From positions 239,835-303,834 of the forward strand of contig CBDBCB010000022.1 in the NCBI GenBank assembly GCA_965202745.1: 64,000 nucleotides of DNA. The letters are read 5' to 3'. This DNA comes from Alphaproteobacteria bacterium (GTDB lineage Bacteria > Pseudomonadota > Alphaproteobacteria > Bin95). Positions within the stretch are counted from its first letter, which is position 1. Every line of letters begins with the position of its first letter. Under the pieces are notes generated by a model. That model was not told where the DNA came from, searched no databases, and was given only the letters and a program-made list of their open reading frames with translations. Both the position numbers and the translations under genes were made by a program. Of this stretch, positions 51,500-61,140 are shown one piece after another.

Positions 51500-51899
51500 A
51501 CCGCTCAGTACGCGTTTTCAACCGGTAAGGCCAAGTTTTCCACAACCATGTTGGGTTTATTGAGGGAAAATGCATACAAAAATAGATTTAGGTTCATTGG
51601 CGAAAGACTGAAAATACGCCTAATGGTTGTGTATTGTTTGAAGGTGGGGTAATAAGTTACCTGGTGAATGATCGGGTACGGATATAGTGACGCAGGTACA
51701 ATTAGTTTACGTATATTTATGTAATGGCTTTTATTGGTGATTTATACGTTTTGTTTTGATCTCTTACCTGTGTTAAAAACATGTAAATAAATGCATTATA
51801 ATATCGTAAATTTGCGATTTCACTGTAATATTTACTTGAGTTCGTAAAATTAATACTTATAACTTTGAAGTTATAAACCCTGGGTAGAGAGTCAAAGAC
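51500..51899 (+). promoter_or_regulatory. AT-rich (~30% GC) upstream region with a 20-bp palindrome TTATAACTTtgAAGTTATAA at ~51861-51880
   Basis: Read directly from the sequence. It sits immediately upstream of the beta-propeller repeat gene in a 62% GC background. Confidence 0.4.
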
Positions 51900-53707
51900 A
51901 TGGTAAAGAAGCGAACCGTGAATACGGAACCTACCGTCACAGAAGAATTTTCTACTTACGTTAGTGTCAATCGAGGGTTGGCCCACGATATTGAGTATGA
52001 CAGCGCTGGCAATATCTATGTCACGGGCGGGGGGCCGCAGGTTCAAGAAAGCGTCATAACACCTGGCAATGATTTCAAGGTTCTGGATGGCTCGCTGGAT
52101 CGCGGCCGCCTCGATCCGCACGACGTGTTCGTCCAGAAATATGCGGCTGACGGAAGCTTGGTCTGGACAACCCATCTGGGCGGCGTGAACTATGACCGCG
52201 CCTATGCAATAGAGGTTGATGACAAGGGGAGCGTTTATGTTGCCGGGCGCGCGGGTCTGGACTTCTATACCACTGAAGGGGCGCTTCAGGAGACGTTCGG
52301 TGGTGATACCGACGCAACCATGAACAAAGCCTACGGCCCGCAAGATGGCTTCGTGAGCAAGCTGGATGCTGATTCCGGGCAAGTCACCTGGTCCACCTAT
52401 TTCGGCGGCGCATCCTGCGAATTCATTCGGGATATCGACGTTGCGCCAGACGGGACCATCCATATCGCCCAAACCTTCGTCAGTTTGGAGGGGGCAGCAC
52501 ATAACCGCAGATGCAATGCAACCTGGTATTAACGGCGCGATTGACGATATCTATGCCCAATTGTCGAATGACGGTTCCACCCTGCTTTACGGCACCTTCA
52601 TTGGCGGAGACAACGAACAAAACCCGTCGGGCGGCAACCCCGCCATTGTTGTGGACGGGAACGGCGACATTAACTTTCTGACGGAAACCGACGCTTTCAA
52701 TGCGCCGACCACTCCGGGGGCCTATAGCGACCAGCCGGCAGGCAAGTCAGATCTGTATATAGTTAAGTTCGATGGTGCCGATGACGGTCGCTCGATCAAG
52801 GCGGCAACCTATTTCGGGACACTGGAACGGGAAATCCTCGAAACCCATGATCTGGCGGTTGATGATGAGGGAAATTTTATCGTTGTCGGTGAGACCGCAG
52901 GCGCGACGCTGGAAACCTCGCGCAAATCCTTCCAGTCCGACTTTAGCGGCGGCGGTACGGATGGTTTTATCGCCAAAATCTCCGCCGATGGCACGGAGCT
53001 GATAACGGCAACGTATTTCGGCGGCAATGGGCGGGACAATGTCGAGGGAGTGATCCTGAAGAGTGACGGCATCTATGTCACGGGCTTTAGCGAATCCTCC
53101 GACCTGGCAGTTACTGACGGCAGCACCTTTAGCGGGGTTCGGGATGCGTTTGTGGCGCGCTTCAGCACTGACTTGCGGTCAGCCGATTACGTGTCCTATG
53201 TCGGTGGCAGCGAGATTGACGCTGGGCGGGCGATTGCCGTGTCGGACGAGGGGCAGATAACCCTGGGCGGGTATACTCGTTCGACTGATTACCCGCTTTT
53301 AAATCCGGCCGATGGAACTTTTTGGGGCCCGGCCAACTCGATGCTGACCTCATTTACCATCAGCTCTGGCGATGCCAATAGCGGTGGCGGTGGCAAGGGG
53401 CGGGCAAAGAACGCCAGCACCGATGCTGAAACTGAAAGCAATCAAGTTAGCACTTTCGCTTATACCCAGGATGCCGGACATGTCGATAACCGCGACTACA
53501 GTGAAATCGCGTCCGAGAAGTCATCGGGGCATGCCGCTAATGGCGATGGCGGTTTGTCAGACTGGTTAATCGGTGAAGGCCAGGGCAGGGTGAGTTTCCA
53601 TCAGCATTTGGCGGCAGCGCCATGGATATTGACCTTTATTTGGTCATCGCCGATGATGATGGCGACGGCGTTTACACACTCCAGTTGGATGACATCTGGT
53701 CTGCATA
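51900..53707 (+). pseudogene. beta-propeller repeat (SBBP-like) protein with two frameshifts
   Basis: Repeated 'DxxGNxYVxGxxxxxDFxT..GA.Q..FGG..DAFVAKL..DGS.LxxSTYxGG' units. The frame changes at the G5 run near 52478 (ORFs 51900..52532 and 52366..53751) and again near 53575-53600. The alternative C-terminus reads '...MDIDLYLVIADDDGDGVYTLQLDDIWSA*'. Confidence 0.6.
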
Positions 53708-54403
53708 GGCCGTGGTTCCAGCAGGTTGCGGGTCTGAAGCAATTGGCATGAATTGGGCTGAACGCCGTCCAGTGGCATTGATCCGCCCAGCAATTCAAGC
53801 AGTGGACTGATCCACAACGGGCCGGTGACGCTGGGCGTTTCGATCAGGCCACCTGCGATTCTTCCGGTTTAAAGCAGCAGCCTCGGATGTTCCCTGCCGT
53901 TGGCATACTGATAGGGCGTGGCGCGATTGGGAATAGCTGTGATGGCCGTCACATAATGGGCTGGAGTGAGGGATTCCAGCTCGCGCACTGTTTGCGGCGT
54001 GTTCGTCTGTAAATTGCGAATTCAGGCGGAAAGTGTGGCTTTCCGGGGCTTTCAATAGCCGATTTACCGAAAAAACCGCCACCCAGCTTACGACTTTGTA
54101 GCAAATGCAATTTTAGGTGTTAGTCCAAACAAGTTCTTGCTATTTGTTTAACAAATCAGCTACTATAAGCCAGGGTCAAAGAGTGGGTGACGCTGTGCGA
54201 ATATCCTCCGAAAATGAGAGGGCACGTTTAGTCGATTCGGGTCGAGGGTGATGCTAGAGGATTAGACAATGTTAGAGTTCCGACCTGAGAATTTCCGGAA
54301 ATGCCGTGGATAAGCCTCTGGAAAATCAGACCTCGGCTTTGAAAGCTCGCAGCTATAGCAGATTAGGCAGCAGCCAATTGGTGTTGCCCTTAGACCCCGG
54401 CCG

Positions 54404-55576
54404 TCACAAGCGTCCGGGGTTTAGTACGTTATGCGGGTCAAAGCCGGCCCGCACCCGCTGCTGCAATGCCGCCACGCCGGGGACGGTGGGCGGAAAAACC
54501 TGAATTCCCGCGCGCAAACCAGCTGAACCACGAATCAACGTAGCATGCCCACCTTGCCCAGCGGTTAACAGGCCACGGATTGTTTCTGCGCCGCCATCGG
54601 CTAGATCCGGGGAAACCGCCAGCCAGATCAGACCGCCAGCCCAATCCAGAAAGCCAGCCTGGCCAACAGAATCCATGGCCTGCCGCCAAACCGCTGGCGC
54701 GCTCGTGGGTGGCAGGGAGATTCGCCACACGGGCCGCTCCTGAGCGCCATGGAGCGGGGCTACGTCACGGATCGCCTGCCAGCGCTCAAGGCTCGCCTGG
54801 TCATCCAGCAATCCCTGGCTGCCGCCAGCGCCTGCTAGCAGTGCCTGTACCACTTCGGTCCGCGCTTTCACCGATTCGGAGAAGCCCTCGATCCGCAGCA
54901 GCGTTTCCTGGCTTTCGGGCAGGTAGGCCGCGCCTGAAATTTCATACGGGCTTTGCACTGCAGTAGTCATGGCTGACACTGCCTGCTCAACGGATAAGCC
55001 GTCCAGCACGATAGCCGCTGTCGCCTCCGGTGCGGGCAGTACCTTGACCGTCACCTCGTTCATGACGGCCAGCGTGCCCCAACTGCCGGCGACCAGTTTG
55101 CACATGTCGTAGCCGGTGACGTTCTTCACCACTTTGCCGCCAGCCTTGAAGGCCTCGCCCCGGCCGCTGACCCCATCGAAGCCCAGGAAGTGGTCGCGTG
55201 CGGCACCGACCTTGAACCGGCGTGGTCCCGAAAGGTTCGCCGCCAGCACACCGCCCATGGTGCCCATCCGCGCCGGGCCGCCCAGCAGCGGACCATAGTC
55301 AATGGGTTCGAACACCAATTGCTGGTTCGCGTCGGCCAGCGCGCTTTCGATTACCCAAAGCGGCGTACTCGCGCCGCAAGTCAGCACCAGCTCATTTGGC
55401 TCGTACTCGCGAATACCGGCGATTGCGGAGACATCGAGCTGATATTCCGTATTCGTTGGCTTGCCGATGGCGCGCTTGGTGCCTGCGCCGACGATCTCTG
55501 CCGGTGCCTTGCGGCCGACCAAAAAGCCGACCATATCGCGAAGCATGGTGCCGTCGGTGGGGCGGAGGTGGGTGCT
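54404..55576 (-). CDS. glcE: glycolate oxidase FAD-binding subunit GlcE
   Basis: FAD-binding PCMH domain ('LVGRKAPAEIVGAGTKRAIG'). The start is chosen near the overlap with the glcD stop. No glcF follows. Confidence 0.7.
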   Translation of the reverse strand, partial: STHLRPTDGTMLRDMVGFLVGRKAPAEIVGAGTKRAIGKPTNTEYQLDVSAIAGIREYEPNELVLTCGASTPLWVIESALADANQQLVFEPIDYGPLLGGPARMGTMGGVLAANLSGPRRFKVGAARDHFLGFDGVSGRGEAFKAGGKVVKNVTGYDMCKLVAGSWGTLAVMNEVTVKVLPAPEATAAIVLDGLSVEQAVSAMTTAVQSPYEISGAAYLPESQETLLRIEGFSESVKARTEVVQALLAGAGGSQGLLDDQASLERWQAIRDVAPLHGAQERPVWRISLPPTSAPAVWRQAMDSVGQAGFLDWAGGLIWLAVSPDLADGGAETIRGLLTAGQGGHATLIRGSAGLRAGIQVFPPTVPGVAALQQRVRAGFDPHNVLNPGRL

Positions 55577-55593
55577 CACTTGATTCGGCCCCT

Positions 55594-57084
55594 TTAGAAG
55601 CGCGGCAGGTCGGGGAAGGGCATCTGTCCGGCGCGGATATGCATGCGCCCAAGCTCCGCACAGCGGTGCAGGGTCGGGAATACCTTGCCGGGGTTCAGCA
55701 ATTGCTCCGGATCGAAGGCGCACTTCAGACGCTGCTGATGCTTCAGGTCGTCTTCCGTGAACATTTCCGGCATCAGATCCCGCTTCTCCACGCCGACGCC
55801 ATGCTCGCCTGTCAGCACGCCGCCAACCTCTACACAGAGCCGCAGGATGTCCGCGCCGAAATCCTCGGCTGCTTCCAACTCGCCCGGCTTGTTCGCATCG
55901 TAGAGAATCAGGGGATGCAGGTTGCCGTCGCCCGCATGGAAGACGTTGGCGACCCGCAAGCCATACTTGTCGCTCAGTTCCGCCATACGGTTCAGCACTT
56001 TCGGCAGCGCGCCCCGCGGAATGGTGCCGTCCATGCAGTAATAGTCGGGCGAGATGCGTCCCACGGCGGGGAAGGCGGCCTTGCGCCCCGCCCAGAAACT
56101 CTCGCGCTCAGCTTCTGAGTTGGAAATGCGCAGAGAAACGCTACCGGCTTCCTCGCCGATGGCCCGCACACGCTCAATCAACTCGTCCACCTCGGCCTTG
56201 GGGCCGTCCAGTTCGATGATCAGCAGTGCTTCCACATCTAGCGGATAGCCCGCGTTCACAAAGGCTTCCGCCGCATGGATCGCCGGACGGTCCATCATCT
56301 CCATCCCGCCGGGGATAATGCCCGCACCAATGATCTTGGTCACGCAATCACCAGCCGTCTCATTGGAGGGAAAGCCAATCAGCAGCGCTCGCGCCGTCGC
56401 GGGCTTCGGCAGGATGCGCACGGTTACTTCGGTGATGACGCCCAGCAGTCCTTCGGAACCGCAGATAACGCCCATCAGGTCGTAGAGTTCCGAATCCAGA
56501 TGCTTGCCGCCGACGCGGATGATTTCGCCATCCATCAGCACCATCTCGACGCCCAGGATGTTGTTCGTCGTCGTGCCGTATTTCAGACAGTGCACGCCGC
56601 CAGAATTTTCCGCCACATTGCCGCCGATGGTGCAGGCGATCTGGCTGGAGGGGTCCGGCGCGTAATAGAAGCCAAGGTGTTGCACCGCCTGGGTCACGCC
56701 CAGATTGGTCACGCCCGGCTGCACCACGGCGCAGCGGTTCGGCAGATCGATCTCCATCATCTGCTTGAACTTGCCAAGCCCCAGCGTGATGCCGTCCGCC
56801 AATGGTAAAGCCCCGCCGGAAAGCGAGGTGCCCGCGCCGCGCGGCACGATCTTCACTTTATGCTCATGGCAATATTTCAGAACGGCGGAGACTTCCGCCG
56901 TCGTTTCCGGCAGCACCACGATCAACGGCAGTTCGCGGTAGGCCGTCAGGCCGTCGCTCTCGTAGACCCGGCGCTCATTCTCTTCGTGGATGACATTGTC
57001 GGGCGCAACCAGTCCGCGCAAATCCTGCGCGATCTGGACGCGGCGCGCCATGATGGCGGCATCGGGTTCGGGCATGCGCAGCAT
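55594..57084 (-). CDS. glcD: glycolate oxidase subunit GlcD (FAD-linked oxidase)
   Basis: 496 aa with 'VVLPETTAEVSAVLKYCHEHKVKIVPRGAGTSLSGGALP' and a C-terminal FAD-oxidase_C domain. Confidence 0.85.
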   Translation of the reverse strand: MLRMPEPDAAIMARRVQIAQDLRGLVAPDNVIHEENERRVYESDGLTAYRELPLIVVLPETTAEVSAVLKYCHEHKVKIVPRGAGTSLSGGALPLADGITLGLGKFKQMMEIDLPNRCAVVQPGVTNLGVTQAVQHLGFYYAPDPSSQIACTIGGNVAENSGGVHCLKYGTTTNNILGVEMVLMDGEIIRVGGKHLDSELYDLMGVICGSEGLLGVITEVTVRILPKPATARALLIGFPSNETAGDCVTKIIGAGIIPGGMEMMDRPAIHAAEAFVNAGYPLDVEALLIIELDGPKAEVDELIERVRAIGEEAGSVSLRISNSEAERESFWAGRKAAFPAVGRISPDYYCMDGTIPRGALPKVLNRMAELSDKYGLRVANVFHAGDGNLHPLILYDANKPGELEAAEDFGADILRLCVEVGGVLTGEHGVGVEKRDLMPEMFTEDDLKHQQRLKCAFDPEQLLNPGKVFPTLHRCAELGRMHIRAGQMPFPDLPRF

Positions 57085-57207
57085 GGGGGCTCATCCTCTA
57101 TGGAGACGGACGCGTTTCATGTGCACCATATACATCGCGGGAAGGGCGCGGCCAAACGGCTTCGCGCCCTACAGAAAAGCAGAAAAGCTTTTGTCGGGTT
57201 GGTGTGT

Positions 57208-57333
57208 TTAACCCTGGCGCGCTTTAAAGCGCGGAACCGTCTTGTTGATCACATAGATGCGGCCGCGGCGCTTCACCATGCGGCAGTCTTTGTGGCGGTT
57301 CTTCAGAGTCTTCAGCGAGTTAACGACTTTCAT
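57208..57333 (-). CDS. rpmJ: 50S ribosomal protein L36, cysteine-less (zinc-independent) paralog; not in the ORF track
   Basis: RC of 57208-57333 translates to '[41 protein letters not shown]' (41 aa). It lacks the CxxC...CxxxxH zinc ligands. Confidence 0.75.
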   Translation of the reverse strand: MKVVNSLKTLKNRHKDCRMVKRRGRIYVINKTVPRFKARQG

Positions 57334-57437
57334 AGCACTCTTCTTTCCGCACGCATCGGAGCGACCGGATGTTTCGTGTCTCGAATTGCGAAGCGAGCCT
57401 TATACGCGGCTGCGCGTTGGGGGTCAAGGCAATGCTG

Positions 57438-59492
57438 TTAAGCCAGGCCCTCTATCTCGCAGAAGGTTTCGTTGTAGCAGGCGCCGTCCTCGATATCGGT
57501 GCGGATGTCCACGGGCAGCAGGGCGTTGATGGTCTGGCCCGTGCCGCTGGTCCGCAGCCACGTACCCTTTGGCGTGTAGAGCACACCAGCCTGCACGGCA
57601 CCGCTTACCCGCGCGGTCAGATGCACCTCACCGCGGGCGTTGAATACCCGCACGGTCTGGCCATCGGTGATGCCCCTGGCTGTGGCGTCCTTCGCGTTGA
57701 TCTCCACCTGTTCCTGGCCTTTAGAGGCATCCGCACTGCCAAACGTGGCGTTCGTGCGCTTGTCGGAACTTGGCGAGATCACCACCAGCGGGAAGTCCTG
57801 CGGCACCGGCTCGTAGCGCGGCAGGCCGTAGCCGAACCGGTCCTCCAACTCCTGGCTGAACAGTTCGATCTTGCCCGACTTGGTGCCCGGCTTCACCGTC
57901 GCACACAGGATCAGGTCCGCGCAGCCATCGGCCCGCATCTCGATGGCCTGATCCAGCGGCACATTGCTTGGCCGGTGGCCTTTCAGGCGCGGATGGCTGT
58001 CTTCAAACGCCGCATCCATCATCTCGTAGTCGGTTTCACCAAATATTGGATCGTTGAAGCCGAAGCGCGCCGCCAGCCGGCGGAAAATCTCCGTATTCGG
58101 CAGGCTCTCGCCCACGCAGGGGATCACTGGCTCCGCCCGTTGCAGGTACTGCTGGCCATACGCGCCATAAATGTCAGCGTATTCAAAATGGCTCGAAGCG
58201 GGCAGAACCACGTCGCAATAGGCCATGCTGTCGGTCATCACCACGTCAGCGCCGCAGACGAACATGTCCTCGTTCGAAAGCGCCCGCCGCATCAGGTTCT
58301 GATCCGGGTGCACGGCGACCGGATTGTGGTTGTAGATCATCACCGCCCGGATCGGCGGGTCGAGGCTCTCATCCAGCAGATACGGCCCCACATCGACAAT
58401 GTTGATGGTCCGTGTGCCCTCTGGTGCCAGATCGGGCCGTTGCAGGCGCGCCGTGGTCTTGGGGAAGGCGTTGCCGGGCTTGGCGAACACGCCCGCGCCC
58501 AACCGCCCGTGATTGCCGGTCAGTGCCTGCAAGCTCATGGCCGCACGGATGCCGGAGCCGCCGCTGCGGCCCCGTTCAATGCCATTGCCGACCGAAACGC
58601 CGACATTCTCAGCCGCCACATACCAATCGGCGAGCGTGTCGAAGGTCTCGGCGGAGATACGGCAGGTCTCGAACACCTGCTCCCGGCTGACCTTCCGCGC
58701 CTCGGCTATGTAGTCGTCGTAGCCCGCGACCCATTCCTTCACGAAGCCTAAATCATGCGCGCCACGCCGCTCCAACTCAGCGGCGAGACCCAGCGCCAGC
58801 ACCACGTCCGTACCGGGATGGATCGGCACGTGCAGATCGGCCTGCTCGGCGGCCTTGATGCGCTTCGGGTCGATCACCACCAGCTTCGCGCCGCGCGCGG
58901 TCTTGGCGGCGTTGATCGCCCGCATCAGGTGCAGGTTCGAGACGGTGACGTTGTTGCCCCAGACCACGATCAGGTCGGAGTGTGCGATCTGCTCCGGCGG
59001 CATGCCAGGCGCTGAGCCAAAGACGCTCGCATAGGCCGAACCGCGCACTAATCCGCACAATGGTCCGCGCGACAGGAACGACGCGCCCAGCTGGTGGAAG
59101 AACCGCCGGTCCATGGAACCGCCTGCCAGCTCGCCATGCGGGCCGGCATAGTTGAACGGCAGCACCGATTGCGGCCCGTGTTGGTCGATAGCCTTGGAGA
59201 AGCCAGCATGGATCAGGTCCAGCGCCTCATCCCAGTAGATGGCCTCAAACTCCCCTGACCCGCGCGGCCCCGTGCGCTTCAACGGCCGTGTCAGCCGGTC
59301 GGCACTATGCACGAATTCCGGGTAGTAGCGGGCGACCTTGTTGCAGATCACGCCCGCCGTATAAGGGTTGGCGTTAGAGCCGCGCACCTTCACCAGCCGG
59401 CCGCCGTCAACCTCCGCAGACAGGCTGCACGTATCCGGGCAATCCAGCGGGCAGACGCTGGGCTTAATCTCTGGGGCGCTATCGAGCGGCAT
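57438..59492 (-). CDS. molybdopterin-dependent oxidoreductase (MopB superfamily) with N-terminal 4Fe-4S motif
   Basis: 'CPLDCPDTCSLSAEVDGGRLVKVRG' Cys cluster. 684 aa with molybdopterin oxidoreductase and C-terminal molydop_binding-like regions. Confidence 0.8.
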   Translation of the reverse strand: MPLDSAPEIKPSVCPLDCPDTCSLSAEVDGGRLVKVRGSNANPYTAGVICNKVARYYPEFVHSADRLTRPLKRTGPRGSGEFEAIYWDEALDLIHAGFSKAIDQHGPQSVLPFNYAGPHGELAGGSMDRRFFHQLGASFLSRGPLCGLVRGSAYASVFGSAPGMPPEQIAHSDLIVVWGNNVTVSNLHLMRAINAAKTARGAKLVVIDPKRIKAAEQADLHVPIHPGTDVVLALGLAAELERRGAHDLGFVKEWVAGYDDYIAEARKVSREQVFETCRISAETFDTLADWYVAAENVGVSVGNGIERGRSGGSGIRAAMSLQALTGNHGRLGAGVFAKPGNAFPKTTARLQRPDLAPEGTRTINIVDVGPYLLDESLDPPIRAVMIYNHNPVAVHPDQNLMRRALSNEDMFVCGADVVMTDSMAYCDVVLPASSHFEYADIYGAYGQQYLQRAEPVIPCVGESLPNTEIFRRLAARFGFNDPIFGETDYEMMDAAFEDSHPRLKGHRPSNVPLDQAIEMRADGCADLILCATVKPGTKSGKIELFSQELEDRFGYGLPRYEPVPQDFPLVVISPSSDKRTNATFGSADASKGQEQVEINAKDATARGITDGQTVRVFNARGEVHLTARVSGAVQAGVLYTPKGTWLRTSGTGQTINALLPVDIRTDIEDGACYNETFCEIEGLA

Positions 59493-59541
59493 GGCAGGCT
59501 CCTTCGGCGCTAACGCCGTTTGCCCGATCAGGCGGGAGGGA

Positions 59542-60442
59542 TCAGCCCTCCCAGGCGGGCAGGTATTGTTCGAACCAGGCGACGGTCTCGTCCATTACCT
59601 GGCTGAAGGCGGGCTCTACATAGACCTCATAATGGGCGAAGCCTTTCAGGACGACGAGTTTTTTCGGCTCCCCGGCCTTTTCATAAAGTGCATAGGACTC
59701 TTCCGGCGGCACCAGCCGGTCGTCGTCCGTCGTGATGTACAAGATGGGGCGTGGCGAAATCTTGTCCACCACCCATTCCGGATGGAACTCCAGCGTCTCG
59801 TCAATATAGTCGAGCGGCGAGCGGCAAGGTGTTGATGGCGTTCGGGTTTTTGGCGCGTGCTGCTGCCGCCAAAGCCGCCGACTGCCGGTCGGCCAGCAGG
59901 ATTTCGCTGCGGTCGGCCTGCTCCGGCACACCGCTGAGCACGCGTTGCTCCCGGTCCGCTTTGGTGCGGGCCAGCATGTCGACCCATTCGTCCGGGCGGC
60001 GCACGCTGCGCATCCAGCGGCTGCCATGGCCGACGCCGACGCAGGAGACGATACACTTCACCCGCTGATCCACCGCACCAACCCAGGTGACGGTCGCACC
60101 GCCATAGCTGGTGCCGTAGATCCCGATCCTGTCCTCGTCCACGTTATCCTGCAGTTGCAGGTAGGTGATCGCTGCCTGCACGTCCGCGACGCGGCTGTAG
60201 GGGGCCAGCCGGTTGGCCGTACCCTCGCTCTCGCCCCAGCCTTTGTAATCGAAGGTCAGCACCACATAGCCCGCCTCGTTCAGCACGCGGGCATTGTCCG
60301 GCAGATAGAGGTCCTTCACGCCGGTATAGCCGTGGCAAAGCACAATACCCGCCCGCTGCTCGCCTGGTTTCAGGCCATCAGGCAGATAAAGGTCGCCGAC
60401 CAGCTTGTGGCCTTCGCTATAGAAATGAATGGGGGTGGGCAT
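59542..60442 (-). pseudogene. alpha/beta hydrolase (dienelactone-hydrolase-like) frameshifted by a 7-bp tandem duplication
   Basis: The N-terminal ORF 59801..60442 carries the 'GTSYGG' nucleophile elbow. The C-terminal ORF 59542..~59830 is in another frame. Plus strand 59808-59830 reads 'tcgagcgg-cgagcgg'; removing one 'cgagcgg' restores '...NTLPLDYIDETLEFHPEW'. Confidence 0.7.
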
Positions 60443-60536
60443 GGCGTTTCCTATGGGCTTTCCGTTGGCTTCTGGCAGAATTATTGGCTCAGGGCCTGCT
60501 CGGCCAGATCGTGGCAGGCTTTCACGTCCCGCCGAT

Positions 60537-60695
60537 CATTCGATGATTTTTTCAAGGGCCAGCCGCAACCTGGCTGCTTCAGGCGTCATTTCCACGCCGT
60601 CTCGGACAACCACGGCGTTGGCAAAATCCTCGTCCGTCCATTCGGGATTGTCGTCGAAATCGGGCGGTGGCGGACCTTTAGATACGTTGCTCATA
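60537..60695 (-). CDS. small hypothetical protein (~52 aa)
   Basis: Minus-strand 'MSNVSKGPPPPDFDDNPEWTDEDFANAVVVRDGVEMTPEAARLRLALEKIIE*'. Coordinates are approximate within +/-2 nt. Confidence 0.25.
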
Positions 60696-61140
60696 TTCTC
60701 GAACCTCTCGGACGTTGGCCTTTCGTAGTGAAATTAACCGAAACACACCATTATTGTCGGTATAAACGAGAGCATGGACCCGCCCATTGATTTTACCTAG
60801 TGCCTTGAAACGCATTTAGCCATAGTCGAAACGCGCGTCGATTGTTCGGACGTGATGATTCCAGTCAAAATTCCTGACTGCTTCAAAACCAACGCCATGT
60901 TTGGCAACATTCGATCTTGCTTTTGCTGGGTCCCATTCGAACTCCACCCGATGCCCTCTCCCTCACATTGTTAATGGTGAACCAGCCCCCTAACCATCGT
61001 CGCCGATGCATGGTTAGGGATGTGTTGAGATGGGCAAGGCAACGCCAATTTGCCCACACCCGACCCGCGCCAACCTCCTTGCTGCGGCGGCTTGTTCACT
61101 CTATGTTCAGTGTTCTGAGTGAAGCGGTTAAGAGACCTTC

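Noticed and set aside
60790-61140. Cobalamin riboswitch upstream of nrdA
   Set aside because: A 'ggtgaaccagcc' segment superficially resembles part of the B12 element core. No B12 box (GCCACTG) or the other conserved core elements could be found. Only a simple hairpin is evident.
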